From positions 8,865,360 to 8,929,359 of the forward strand of contig NC_043019.1 of assembly GCF_006345805.1 (NCBI RefSeq): a stretch of DNA of 64,000 nucleotides, written 5' to 3'. This document shows, one piece after another, positions 12,261 to 26,178 of this stretch. The notes beneath the pieces were generated by a model. It did not search any database. It saw only the letters and a list, made by a program, of their open reading frames with translations, and was not told where the DNA came from. The position numbers and the translations under genes were made by a program. This stretch comes from Octopus sinensis (Eukaryota). The stretch's first letter is position 1. The number at the start of each line of letters is the position of its first letter.

Positions 12261-13459
12261 CTCTAAATAAACTAATCAAAATAGACAGAAAGACAAGAAA
12301 AACAACGACAGGATTCAGGATCATTTGCATCTCCAAGTACACCAGCAATCGTTCAAATATTATACTCAAATACATAAGAATGTGTCTCCTTTTAGCACTT
12401 TATCTCAAGCTTTCTTACCATAAACATCTAAGGCAAGAACGGCGTCTATTTCCATAATTACAGGTAGGCGGCAGTCGCTCTTCATGAAAAGCTCTGTTAC
12501 TCGACGGATGCATTATACACGCTGCAGCAGTTGTTGAAATAATTCCACGAGCCAGTATTGTCCGAACATTGGACGTGGAGAGCATACAACGGATTTGTTG
12601 TTAGGTCCGCGTTCCGGATGATATTTACTGTTGGCACTTACATTCTTGCAGAGTTTCTGTCAAAATGGTAGTTGCAGGGTAAAGATTTCTGAAGGATATC
12701 ATTAATCTGTGATATGAAAGACTTACAGAAGGGAGCATCAAGTTCACTTTTTCGTCAACACCCTGAACTTCTCACAGAACGGTAAATCCCTTCTTGCTCT
12801 TTAGTCTTTTATGGATTCCTAACACAGAACTAGGAACATCGAGTGCATTTGCGATGATAAATGTAAATTCTTCATAAAAAATAAATCTCAGTCACGTCAT
12901 TCGGAAAGAAAAGCATAGCAAAACTCATGCAGAAAAAATGTATCTCGTTGAGTTGTTGGTATTGTGTATGAAATTCTATCGTTAAGGGTCAAGGAATAGC
13001 ATACATTTATCGGTGGAGAAGATACAAATGTGAAATACATGATACACCAGAAGAGATTTTAAAAGAAATATAAACAAACAATATTCGCAATAACGATAGA
13101 TATGAATATGAAATACATTAAGAAACCCGCGGTGAGGAAGAATGAGAAGAAGAAGAAGCAAGAATATATGAATAAACAAGAGAGAAATCAACAAGAATAA
13201 TGAGAAGAACAACAAGAAATATATAGAATAAAAAAAGAAAAGAACGGATAAAATCTGGGATATTTGTGCATTTTTAATGGAAGTGATCTTAAAGAACATA
13301 ATTTCAGACATTTTATAAGGGAGAGAGAAAAATCAAACAACAAACGAAGCACAACAGAAAAAAAGACTGTATTTTTCCTTTTTCTATTGTTTTGCATTTT
13401 AGTGATTCGTTTTTATACGTTTGTTTTGTTTTTGTTTTTTTCGCTATCTTTTAAAATAT

Positions 13460-13507
13460 CATGACAATAATAATAATGATAACAATAACAACAACAACAA
13501 CAACAAC

Positions 13508-13542
<35 letters not shown>

Positions 13543-13844
13543 TAATAATAATAGTAGTAATAATAATAATGATAATAATAATAATAATGATAATAATAAT
13601 AACAAGAAAAATAGCAATATTGATAAAAGTAAGAACAGTAGCAATAACAATAATATGATGATGATGATGGGGTGATGGGGGTGATGATGATGATGGTGAT
13701 GATGATGGTGATGATGGTGGTGGTGGTAGTGGTGGTAGTGGTGATGGTGGTGGTGGTAGTGGTGGTAGTGGTGATGGTGGTGGTGGTAGTGGTGGTAGTG
13801 GTGATGGTGGTGGTGATGATGATGATGATGATGATGATAGTGAA

Positions 13845-13879
<35 letters not shown>

Positions 13880-13880
13880 C
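13460..13880. repeat. Compound (AAT/AAC)n then (GAT/GGT)n tract with three 30-bp higher-order units (13711-13800)
   Basis: The unit gtgatggtggtggtggtagtggtggtagtg is repeated in tandem. Confidence 0.9.
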
Positions 13881-14174
13881 TTCTTAATGCATGAACAACA
13901 GTCAGTACATAATATAGAAATGATGGCGTTGGTGTTGTTGATGTTGTTAAGCAAATGGAATCAATAAGGAAGGTATGATAATGATGATGATTAAGACGCG
14001 AAAGAGTATTACCATTATATTGCTTATAAAAAAGATGAAACCCAATTATTATTATTAATTTCTATCTATCTATCTATCTATCTATCTTATCTATCTATAT
14101 CTATATAATCTATATCTATCTATCTATCTATCTATCTATCCATCTATCTATCGATCTATCTATCTATCTATCTA

Positions 14175-14214
<40 letters not shown>

Positions 14215-14561
14215 TACTTGGTAGTTGAATCTTCACACAGCGTTACTCTGAGTTTTGCGAAGCAGTAGATGAGGATTAGATCCAATTATATACATGTATA
14301 TAAATTTGCATACACACAAACACAGATACACACACTCACACACACTCACACACACACACACTTACACACAAACGTGCGTGTCTATGTACGTATATTCTTA
14401 TAGTTATACACAATCTAAGTTACAAAATCGATGAACTGAGAAGCTTAAATATGTGTGTGTATGTGAGTGTGTACGTGTTTGTGTGTGTGGTGTGTGTGTG
14501 TGTGTTGTGTGTGTGTGTGTGTTTGTGTGTATGCATTTAGATGTGTATATGTACATATATA

Positions 14562-14778
14562 CGACGCTGTCATGTAAAGTTCCTGGCCTGAAGGGTGTCG
14601 TGAAAGGTCTAGCTGGAGATCGATGCTTCCGAGTTTATTTACAGGGCTTAGAAAATCTGAAGGACCACTCCAATAAGGGGGAGAATCTGAGGCAGGAATG
14701 GGATATATACAACCAGAATTAAGGGATCCCCTTGTATTTTCTTTTACACAAACCCAGGAACTTTTCAACACCTCCTTC
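14562..14778 (+). mobile_element. Mariner-derived MITE (~217 bp), TA-flanked
   Basis: Left TA|cgacgctgtcatgtaaagttcctgg; right ccaggaacttttcaacacctccttc|TA (shared tg.aaagttcctgg). The interior reads YLQGLENLKDHSNKGENLRQE, like a mariner C-terminal helix. Confidence 0.55.
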
Positions 14779-14805
14779 TATGTATAGATATGCGTATATA
14801 TGCCC

Positions 14806-14844
<39 letters not shown>

Positions 14845-14909
14845 TAGACAGAGAGAGAGGGGGAGAACAAAGAGAGAGAAAGAAAGAGAGACAGAGAGGT
14901 TTCTAAGAG

Positions 14910-14997
14910 TTGTTATTGTCGTTCTTGCTGATGTGGCTCCATCTGGTGCTACTGCTGCTGCTGTCTTTCATTTTGCAGTTGTTGTTACTCTTCTTAC

Positions 14998-15053
<56 letters not shown>

Positions 15054-15060
15054 TGTAGTT

Positions 15061-15099
<39 letters not shown>

Positions 15100-15185
15100 T
15101 AAGTAACGAAGGTGGTCGTGTTGGTGGTGGTGGTAGTAGTAGCAGTAGTAGCTGTAGCAACAGTTGTAGTAGTAGTAGTAGTAGT

Positions 15186-15238
<53 letters not shown>

Positions 15239-15830
15239 TAGTAGCAGCAGCAATAGATTATGATGTTGTTTGTGTTGTTCTTGGCGTTATTATTGCGGTT
15301 GTTGTTGCCGTTTCTGCTACTGGTCGTTATTAATGGCATTATGTCACTGCCATTATGGACGAAGTTCTTTTCGTTGTTCCTTGCAACCAAAATTCCACAA
15401 GTTGCACTTTTTTCTACTTGTTGTTGTTCGCATTTGATGGCGGTGTTTTATCCTCGTTATTTTGACTTTTATTCTGGTTGTTGCTCGCAAAGTTGTAATT
15501 ATTGTTATTGTTATCGCTGATGCGACTGCTGTTGTTTTTGTTGTTTTTACTTCCATCCTTATTATGGCTGTCTTTATGTTGGCAATTCGTGTTTCTGTTG
15601 TTGTATTCGATCTCTTTGTACTCGAGGCGGTTATTGTTCTTCTTTCTCCCGTTCTTCTTCTTCTCCATTTGTTGTCTTCATCGTTATTGTTGTTACAATT
15701 CATTTCTGAGGACTTTGTTTCCTTGCCTTTGTTGTTGTGGCTGGTGTAATTGTTGTTCTTGTTGGATCGACTGCCGTTGTTTTTCTTGTTGTAGTAGTTT
15801 CTTATTGAAGACGCTCACACTGATAACATA
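14910..15830. repeat. (GTA)n/(GCA)n plus decayed (GTT)n cryptic-simplicity tract
   Basis: Period-3 low complexity producing poly-S/L/V/Y ORFs in several frames. Confidence 0.85.
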
Positions 15831-15892
15831 ATACAGCGAGAGAAACACACACAAAAAAATACACTAATATGTACATATATATATACATATAC

Positions 15893-15925
<33 letters not shown>

Positions 15926-16585
15926 ATATATATATATATATATATATGTACATATATTTGTATATGTGTGTGTATGTATGTATATATATATAATTACTTG
16001 AGTCGGTTTTTAAATAAGCGGCTTTCTTTTCTCCCTTCAATGATTCTCGTTTCTTCATTTATTTTTGTTTTTCTCTTTGTAGTTTTATTGCTTCCTTTGT
16101 ATTTATTTGACTCCTCTCAGACTTTGAATCTTTCTAAATTCTTTCCTCGCTACTTTCCTCTCTGCGTCCCTTACATTCTCCCCTTTATTTCTCCATTTCT
16201 GTAAACACATTATGCACGTATACATACTAAATACATACGAAATATATATATATATATATATATATATTAATATATATTATATATAGTATTATATAGATAC
16301 AGACACAAACGCACACAGATACACACACCACACACACACAACACATATATATATATATATATGTGTATATATATATATTGGTTAAGGCGAGGTTTGATTT
16401 TGGGGTTTCTTATAGATTTTTGCGATCGGTTTTTTATCCAATTCTTTCCTTATTCTCCGATGTTTCGAAATGGACTGCAATTAAACTCTATGACATTATT
16501 GCAATGTTGCTAATGGTTTTCTGATTGATGCTATGTTTTTGTATATATATATATGTGTGTGTATATATGTATATATATATGTATG

Positions 16586-16620
<35 letters not shown>

Positions 16621-16934
16621 TTTCATATTGGGATATTAATGCTTATATATATATATACACAAACATACACAAACAAATATATGCACAAATATGTATGTGC
16701 ATATATATTTATGTATATGTGTGTATAAATGTATGGGTATGTGTACATATATGCATGTTATCAGTACGAATATGTGTATATACGTACGTTTTTAAAAGTT
16801 TAATTCCATACTTTTGCATATATTATATATTTATAATTATGTAGTCCTTTGTCACGGATGTGTAATAAGCATGCGTGTATGTTTATGTGTTTGTGTATAA
16901 GAGTCTAATTATAAGAACGACGTATGCAGTGAAG

Positions 16935-17040
16935 TCTCGTGGCATAGTGGTTACGGTGTTTCTCTCCCGATGAGTCGATCATGAGTTCGATTCCTGGTTC
17001 GAGAGTTTTTCAGCAAAAACCTTTATTTTAAGTCGCTCTG
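16935..17040 (+). mobile_element. tRNA-like SINE head (probably family 3), degenerate
   Basis: A-box TGGCATAGTGG (16940-16950) and B-box GAGTTCGATTCC (16983-16994); no complete cloverleaf, so not called a tRNA gene. Confidence 0.55.
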
Positions 17041-17384
17041 TGGATAATGTTTCGCCAGACACCTTAGTGCGTTACCAGAGATAAGTTACAACATCTCTTC
17101 CGGCCTTGTGATTTCAGAGTTCAATCCTGTCTGGAGACTGACGCAGTAAATCACTCCATTATTCATGTAAAGGCTAGTCATGGATGGTTATTTTTCTAGT
17201 AATCTACTAAATATAAGAGAGGGGGATACGGGCTCTCGGAGGTCATATAGAGAATGCTGAAGAAGAATACATGCACGTATATACACTGTGCTGTAAGGAA
17301 GCGAAATCATTATCTCCTGCCCAACACTCAGAAAATTACAAAAAAAAAACGAAAGATTATCAGAGCGATTATGGCTGAGACATA

Positions 17385-18030
17385 TCAGTTTACTTGAAGC
17401 ATCTGTTCTCAGGTTCGAACACGGTCTCAAGATGGCTCCGGTTCCTAGCGAATGCATTCCGAAATGTATTCCTGGGAAGATCTTCCAGCACTTCCTCAAT
17501 TTTGGCCAACAGCTCGACCGTGGTGTTGCAGGCAGACCGGTTCCTGCCTTACATAATCGGGCCCACACATAGAATTGCATGTGGTTTTACAGTTGGAATA
17601 ATAAGACAGTTATAGATTGAGGCTGGTCAAGCTGAAATTATCTGACAAATATTTGACCGTGTATGGCGAATAAACGAATCATCCTGCCGCGCATATGGCC
17701 TACTCGAAGCCAGCGTTTGTCATAGTCTCCAGTAGCTTTACATAGGCGTCTGAATTGAACCTGATGCCACGTTCAAAGACGCGAGAGCGAATACCGGCTT
17801 GCGGACGCTGTTCTAACACCTGTTGTGTCTGTTCCTACTTGCAATGGTTTCGTGATTAGCGTTGCAGCTTTCCATGTCACGTCTTACAGCGTTTAAAGTG
17901 TTCAGGTGTATCATTGAGAAGCAATAAAGAGGTCGACATTTTGATATCCGGCGGCACGAATCATAATGGTGCAGGTACATGATTTCCAATATTCTGATGA
18001 CTGCCACTCCTCCATATCAGACAACATTTT
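17385..18030 (-). mobile_element. Internally deleted, frameshifted Tc1/mariner transposase remnant, maT (DD37D)-like
   Basis: Minus-strand pieces FERGIRFNSDAYVKLLET, FYVW and CNTTVELLAKIEEVLEDLPRNTFRNAFARNRSHLETVFE resemble maT C-termini. EYWK..IRAAG..LNTLNAVRRDMESCNANHETIASR resembles the N-terminal HTH. No TIR pair found. Confidence 0.65.
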
Positions 18031-18243
18031 CTCCCCTACAACAACTTCAACACTTCTGCTCTCTAACGCCGTTGACTCTTCACCTATAAATCAAGATGTT
18101 CCTCAAAAAAATAGTCAATAATTGTCAAAATTATCAGATTATATATATATATGTATGTATATATAGATGTATATGTATATATATATAATTTATATATATA
18201 TATATATGTATATATATATAAATATATATATATATATTATGTA

Positions 18244-18277
<34 letters not shown>

Positions 18278-19149
18278 ACATATATATATATATATACATA
18301 TATACATATATACATACATATATATATATATATATTTATATATATATTATATATTTATTTATATATATATGTGTGTGTGTAGTGTGTGTGTGTGTGGTGT
18401 GTCTATTAGGTACTTTTTTATGTGACTGGTTAAGTGAAAGTCCGCTGAGGTTCGTTCGGAAACATCATTTCTTCACTCTGTGGAGAAACAGTAGTTTTGG
18501 TACGTTTGTATGTCCTCTACGTCGGTTGTCATATGTAAACTTGCATGTTTTCATTGCTGAAATGAGGGGCTAAGTTCATAATGTAACTAACCATAGAGCT
18601 AGATTCTTACAAGCATTTCTGATAATATTCTTTGGAAGATCTCCAACTACCAATCGGTTTCCACCAGCGTCTGCACCTCTAATGGACATTTCGTGCTGCG
18701 GGAAATTGTGGCACGACAATAAAAAAAAATAATCATTCAATTATTTATCGACTCTAAATCTTTATTGACATTATCCGGTTTCCTTGCGTTTTGGTATGTT
18801 TCACACTTTCAATATGGAATATGTGGGAATGTTCAACATATCTATTATATTGACATATTACGATATCACGCGTTCAGTGTATGACACTTAAATAGATTAA
18901 TATGCTACCTATATAGCGAGTTTCTCTTTGCAATCAATCATATTTTTAAGTGACTAAAAATATTTTATATACACTCACTCACTCACTTTCCCTACTCCAG
19001 TCTTTCGAATAATGCGCAACGTGAAACTCAAAGTAACGAATCAAAAAGCTTCAGCTGGTAATAAAGAAGTACAAAATCTACTTCGTGTAGTGAGTAATCT
19101 TTTCTTCACTTTTACACAAAAGAACTTGTCAATCTATATCTACGCAACT

Positions 19150-19290
19150 CTATGTATGTATGTATGCATGTATGTATGTATGTATGTACTGTACGTATGT
19201 ATATATGTATGTATATATGTATGTATTTATGTATGAATGTATGTATACATGCATGAATGCATGTATGTATGTATCTATATATCTAGCTAC

Positions 19291-19349
<59 letters not shown>

Positions 19350-19350
19350 C

Positions 19351-19409
<59 letters not shown>

Positions 19410-19506
19410 CCTATCTATCTATCTACCTATCTATCTAGCTAACTAACTATGTATTTATCTATGTATCAGTATGTCTGTTTATCTATCTATCTTGCATTTT
19501 ATCTAC

Positions 19507-19570
<64 letters not shown>

Positions 19571-19954
19571 TTATCTTTCTTTCTCTCTTTCTATCTATTC
19601 TTGAGTATCAACCGAAAGAGATTAAAGATTAAATGGAAAGGAAAAACAATTTCCCTATATACAAATGTCAAATAATACGATCACGATGTGTATTTCTATC
19701 GCTGACTGTTAAGCCTCACTGTCGCGCTTGTCTTTGCTTCCTCAATTGAAAGAAGTGAAATGTTATCGGAATGAGATGAGTTGGCAGAACATCCAAAGGA
19801 GGTGTTACTTGATAAAAGAGCGAGAGAGAGAGAGAGGGAGAGAGAGAGGGGGAGGAGAGAGAAGGAGTTTAAAAGAGACGTGATCGATGTTGAAGAAAAT
19901 AAGGTGAGAAATAAATGTGTGGAATGGAGAAAGAAAGAAAGAAAGAAAGAATGA

Positions 19955-19990
<36 letters not shown>

Positions 19991-20006
19991 ATGAAAGAAA
20001 GAGTGA

Positions 20007-20054
<48 letters not shown>

Positions 20055-20090
20055 GTGAAAGAAAGAAAGAAAGAAGACAGAAAGAAAGGA
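19150..20090. repeat. (TATG)n/(ATCT)n block and (GAAA)n block
   Basis: Direct reading. Confidence 0.9.
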
Positions 20091-20720
20091 AGGACGGAAG
20101 AGTCGGGAACGAGTGAATAGAATAAGAGACTTCCAAGTGATGCTGGATTAAAGCCAGAATGGCGGCCATTCCAATTTTAGGCCTTTTCCATTGACGTGAC
20201 GCTCCATTGTGTCAACAGATTTACTGTGAAATGGATTTTGAAATCCGTTGTGGTTGTTGTTGCTGGCGTTGATGCCGTTGTGTGGTTCGCTCTCGGATCA
20301 GGTCCGCACTTTCAGAGTAGCTCTGTTGACAGGCATCATTCTCTTATATTCGGGGATGAGAGTTTCTATCAGTTGTTCTTGTTGTCGTTGTTGTTGCTGC
20401 TGCAGTTGTTCTCATTGTTGTTGCGGTTCATGCTGTTGTTACTGCTGCTGCTGCTGCTGCAGCTGGTGCCAGTGGTGTCCGTGCATGATATAGCTTTAAT
20501 GATGATGTTGAGTACAAAGGGTAGGTTGTTGATAATAAGCATGGTGGTGGTGGGGGGTCGACGTCGTCATCGTAGCCGTGGTCATGGTGGTGGTCGTTGT
20601 GGCAGTGTCAGGAATATTAATTAGGTTTCCATTTTGAAATTGCTGCTCAAAACATATATGGATAGAGAAGGTAATTAAATATATATATAATATATATATA
20701 TAATATATATATATATATAT

Positions 20721-20770
20721 GGTGCATCAGCATGGCCGCAGCAGCTCTGAGCTGAAACTAGAAAAAAATA
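20721..20770 (+). mobile_element. Orphan LINE/SINE 3' tail inside a (TA)n tract
   Basis: ggtgcatcagcatggccgcagcagctctgagctgaaactagaaaaaaata matches the tails at 29350 and 57553. Confidence 0.6.
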
Positions 20771-20899
20771 TATATATATATATATATAATATCTATATAT
20801 ATATAATATATAATAATATATATATATACATATATATATATACATATGTGTATATATATATATTATATATATATATAGATATATATATATATATATATA

Positions 20900-20933
<34 letters not shown>

Positions 20934-21580
20934 TATATATATATTATATATATATATATATATGTATGCATTTATGTAAGTATGAATGTTGGTATATACA
21001 CACACACGAATTGATGGATAGATAGATATGCAGAGAGAAAGAGAGAGAAATAGCAAAAGAGGAAGAGGGAAGATAAACAAAATGTGGCAGAGAAATAGGA
21101 TGTTGGGGTTGTAACATTCGATCTGTGTATGTAGGTATGAAGGTGTGTGAGCATATGAAGGAATTTAAGAGAACAGGTATTTTATTCCATTATGATACAT
21201 ATGCCTGCGTATATATATATACATACATAAACATATATATGTTTGTATATATACAAGGCACATATATATATGTGTGTGTGTGTGTGTGTGTATTTGTTGT
21301 GTGTGTGTGTGTATTTTGTGTGTGTGTGTGTGTACGTATAGATATATATGTAAATGGAAAGCATAAGATATGGGTTCAGAGAATCATACGGCAATCGCAG
21401 TAAGCTTCATAGATGCATCCTGCCATTATTTTATTATGTTGAAAGATATATTATGTAAATCTATATTCATGTATATATGTTTGTGTGTTTGTGTATATCT
21501 GTGAGTGTGTGCGTATCTATGTGCGTGTGTCTATATGTATATATTTAAAAATATATATATGCACACATACACACACACAC

Positions 21581-21612
<32 letters not shown>

Positions 21613-22101
21613 CATATATATATATGTACATATATACATATTATATATATATACATATACATATATATACACACACACGTACATATACATACATATACCT
21701 TCATTTATATATGTATGTATAAAGCTGTATATAAATGTCTGTGAGTGCATGTGTGTGTGTGTGCAAGTGTGTTAGCAAGATGGTTTGAGATGTATATGTG
21801 TGTGTTTGTGTGCGCGTCCATGTGTTCACATGTGTACGGCTGTGTTCTTCTTTTCTCTACTGTGTGGAGGTACGATGTGCCATCTCAGGTCAAATATGTG
21901 CCACGAAGACCTGCAGCGACGACAATTCGGCATTTATCATGAAACATAGATATCGTAACGAAACGCAATGATGTTGTCAAATGAAGGGAAAATGGCGTCT
22001 TTGAACTTGCGCATTACCTCAAATCGAGGCTATGGATTCCTTTGTTGTCGATCCAACGGATCATTTATCAAAGTATTAGATTATATTTCAAAGACACTTA
22101 C

Positions 22102-22141
22102 AATGGCTGCCAGCCAAATTTTCTAACCTTTGCTTCCTATG
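22102..22141 (-). other. Candidate 40-nt exon
   Basis: tatctatgtatatttag|CATAGG..CAGCCATT|gtaagt; may be a chance signal. Confidence 0.2.
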
Positions 22142-22418
22142 CTAAATATACATAGATAAAATACGTATTCATATGGCTGTATGCATGCATTTATGCATGT
22201 ATATGCACACATGAATAACCATGTGTGTATATATATATATATATATAAATATATATATATGTATATATATATATAAGCCTCTGTGAGTGTATGCATGCCT
22301 GTGAATATATACGGATATATATTTATGCATACATATATATACATATGTATACATATATATATATATTTATGTATATGTATATATATATATATTATATGTT
22401 TTATATATGCATATATAT

Positions 22419-22449
<31 letters not shown>

Positions 22450-22485
22450 ACTATATATATATATGTGTGTGTATATATATATATG

Positions 22486-22551
<66 letters not shown>

Positions 22552-23382
22552 TGTGTATATATATATGTGGTGTATATATATATATAGATATAGGTGTCTG
22601 AGTATAATATAATATTCATATGCATATTTCATTATAAGCATTCTCCGCGCATATAACTGATATATAAATGACTATACATAATACAGATTATATACATACG
22701 TATATGCGTGTGGGTGTGCGTATGTGTGTGTGTGCATGTGTGTGTTTGCGAGTGTATGTGTGTTGATATGTGCATGTGTAATGATTTATGCATACGTATA
22801 TGTCTCTTTCCATACATATGCATATATACGCATATATTCAAACTTACATTAATACTCATATACATGTGTGTGCGTGATTATTTATACACCCACCAGAGTA
22901 TGCTTATGTGAACGCATTTACATTCATACCTGACTATAAGCCCCTACACACCTACAGCAGTCCAATATGAATGGGTGCCGTTACACATTTCTATATTCAC
23001 CTATTGTCATGTCTATAATTTATTTTGTCTCATAATAAATCCATACATCAATGTCCTTTTTTAACACGCACGCATTAAATGCTTACGCGGTTGCAGAGGC
23101 ATGAGTTTACGTACACACATACACACATGCACGCACACACATCCCTGCGTATATGTCTATCTGTATCTACACACACACATATATATACACATACATACAT
23201 ATCTATATTTATATATACTATATACAATACGCATGCAGATGTATATACACACACTCTCTCACACATAGATACATAGATAGATAGATTCATACATACATAC
23301 AAAGATATATAAATTCATACATACATACAGACATGCATACATACATAGGTATATGGATGGATGGATGGATGGATGGATAGAC

Positions 23383-23486
<104 letters not shown>

Positions 23487-23524
23487 TATATAAACTAGCT
23501 CTGATATGAAAAAGTTCATTATAT

Positions 23525-23668
23525 TTATTGTGGGTCACAAGCTGTTGGATGATCAGAAATTTCCGGTGTCGTGAGCTCGGTGCTATCAGACCCTTTTCCT
23601 TCCTTCTTTTTCACGGTCACTCCAAGACTTCTTGTGTTTTTCCTGATTTGGCGTCGCCCATAGAGCAA
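23525..23668 (-). other. Candidate last exon of an unannotated minus-strand transcript
   Basis: Strong acceptor tcattcatttatttatttattgcag; 47 open codons to TAA, which overlaps an AATAAA. Confidence 0.45.
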
Positions 23669-23785
23669 CTGCAATAAATAAATAAATGAATGAGATGACA
23701 GATCTTGAGGATTGGATTAGTTTCAAAACATTACATCCACATGAATACTACACGATTTGCGCAATATAGAGAACGTGCCACTCAC

Positions 23786-23914
23786 CCCACGAAGGCGGCC
23801 TTCACATCATGAGCACAATTCATACACAGCGGGGCCCCACCCTGATACACCCTGTACATAGTCTCATAGCAACACCCTTACTTTAGTTCAGCTGATTCTG
23901 CTCTCTTTAATATC
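23786..23914 (-). other. Candidate 129-nt exon (stops in all three frames; frame 0 has only TGA x3)
   Basis: tgcttcaatttgcttcag|GATATT..GTGGG|gtgagt; 117-nt intron to the next acceptor. Confidence 0.5.
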
Positions 23915-25089
23915 CTGAAGCAAATTGAAGCAATCGATTCCATACGATTCAATAGTTAACTGGATAATGTTTGTTTCCAAGGGACATTAACTAAACCACC
24001 TGACGCCGAAATAAAAAGCGAATAACACATATTTAATTAATAATAAATTGCGACTCAAGCAAAAGCCTACCTTTGTCATTTAGCTACGTCATATTTCTCA
24101 CCTGACATCCAATTTTCTCTTTAAATCTGACTTCCGAATTTACAAATAATTCTCTGATTTTCATTCCCACAGTTTGACACTTCCACGTTTGAATAAGCAT
24201 TAAACTTGTATTTATTTTTTTCTACCCATTCACCGCTTCTAATTCGCAAACTTTTTTAAAACTCCTATCAGCATATATATATTTATATATACATCCAGCT
24301 AATCGGTTGTTTATGAAATTTTCTGTTAGAACTCTTTGTCAAAAGACCGAGCAACACGGCTCTGAATTCTATGTTTATATTCCTATCACTGAAGCTGTTA
24401 ATATTGCTTTGTTTTATGGGACCGGTCATTATTCTTTCATTTTTTTTAGATTGTTTTCGACCGTTTATTTCTCATCTCTCTCTCTATCTTCCAATTTTCC
24501 TTCTCGTCCTCCTTCATTCCCTCACTCTCTCCTTCACTTTTAACCTCTTTCTTCATCTTCCCCTCCATTCATGCCATTTCTTCATAACTCTCCCAGCATC
24601 ACATTCATAGTTAATCAAACCATTCTTGGTGGCTTTTCATTACACATCTACAAATTGCATCCCAGTTCTGCGCCTTCTTCTCCTCTCTCTTTCTTTCCTC
24701 TCACTGAGTCTTCTTTCTATCTTTGAAATAGACTACCCCTTCTTCTGATAGGGTGTGAGGCATTGGACCCTTCTTTCCGCTCTAATTACGGCTTCTTTGA
24801 TCAAGCCCTTTATATCTTCACTCACCACTTCTCACGCAGCCTCCAATCAATTTCCACTTCTCTTCATCACTTGCTAACTGGCTTCCAAAGCACCAATCAA
24901 ACACATTTTTCTCTTCATGTAATCCAATTAAACGCACACTTGGTCAGATAATTTCAGATGGCCATGCAACAGAAATGCCAAGCCATATGTAGCAGACAAA
25001 GCTGCACCCTACTCTTTCGTTAGCTCTCTCCTTCTCACTTTCCCCTTTGCTGACAAAGCGTGTCTTGTTAAAATAAAAACATCACTCAC

Positions 25090-25127
25090 CAAAAGGCAGC
25101 AAGAAGAATTTACCATTGTATTATTCC
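25090..25127 (-). other. Candidate 38-nt exon
   Basis: ctgacattgaattttcttag|GGAATA..CTTTTG|gtgagt; a branch-point-like CTGAC lies upstream. Confidence 0.5.
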
Positions 25128-25195
25128 CTAAGAAAATTCAATGTCAGGCACAAAGGTTTTGGCACCAGGGTCAATAAATCTTAAAACAGACTCAC

Positions 25196-25276
25196 AAACG
25201 TGAAGACAACAGGTCCGCTTCAAAACTCTTGTAGCTACGATTTCTCCTTTCTTTTGCAGTCTCGGATAATACACAC
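25196..25276 (-). other. Candidate 81-nt exon
   Basis: ttcacttacattcag|GTGTGT..CACGTTT|gtgagt; 68-nt intron to the 38-nt exon. Confidence 0.5.
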
Positions 25277-26144
25277 CTGAATGTAAGTGAACCCGATGCA
25301 ATATTTGGGAAAATTATTCAGTTTTGATTTCCTTGTTTAGATCAATTTCAGTTTCATTTAACTTCATAAATTTAACACCTACTGATTAGTTGATCGGACT
25401 CTTCAAAGGAAACTTCTTCCACTTGAAATATACCATTCCATGAGAGGCACCTTCAGTTTCGAAAGATTCTATCATTTTGGGGAGTCTCAACAAGTCTGAG
25501 ACTGAATGCGTTGGGGTTCGAATGTAGACCGTGATTTTCTAACGCCAGTATTCTATACAGCATTTTCAAATGTAAGGACTGGAAATCCATTTTCCGTCAG
25601 CGTACCGAAAAGCGAACAAGAAATACTCTCTATCCAAGATCTTTTGTTGAATAACATACACGCTAACAAGAAATGCTTTGGTTTTGTATGATGTATATCA
25701 ATTTAGAATGACTAGAAAATATATGCAGGAAAAGACAAAGAGACAAAATTAAATTATATGAAAACAGATTCTCATAAGACTCGCAGATTATGGAGACTTG
25801 GAAAAGTTCAAAATCAGATAGCGTTCTACAATAGAATTACGAAAAATATGCTGATATAATTACCTACAAAAGGTTTTACATTAAAACTCGATATAATTCA
25901 CTTAAATCAAACACAGTTGTCTGTATATCAACACGTGAGTAGCGACTGACACATGTCAAGTGAATATATGTAGGCACCTGTGTATATAAATATATATGTA
26001 TGTATATATATATATGTGTGTTTGTGTATGCATGTGTGATATGTATATATATACATATATAAATGAATATATATATGTATATATATATATATATATATAC
26101 GTGTGTGTATATATATATATGTATATATATGTGAATATATATGC

Positions 26145-26178
<34 letters not shown>

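Noticed and set aside
12470-12870. Tc1-like HTH (IIANALDVPSSVLG) on the minus strand, and a 65-nt exon candidate at 12642-12706
   Set aside because: Only a short HTH-like string with no downstream DDE motifs. The exon's acceptor sits 20 nt from another donor, so the signals conflict.
16935-17010. tRNA gene
   Set aside because: A and B boxes are present, but there are no acceptor or anticodon stems; it fits a SINE head better.
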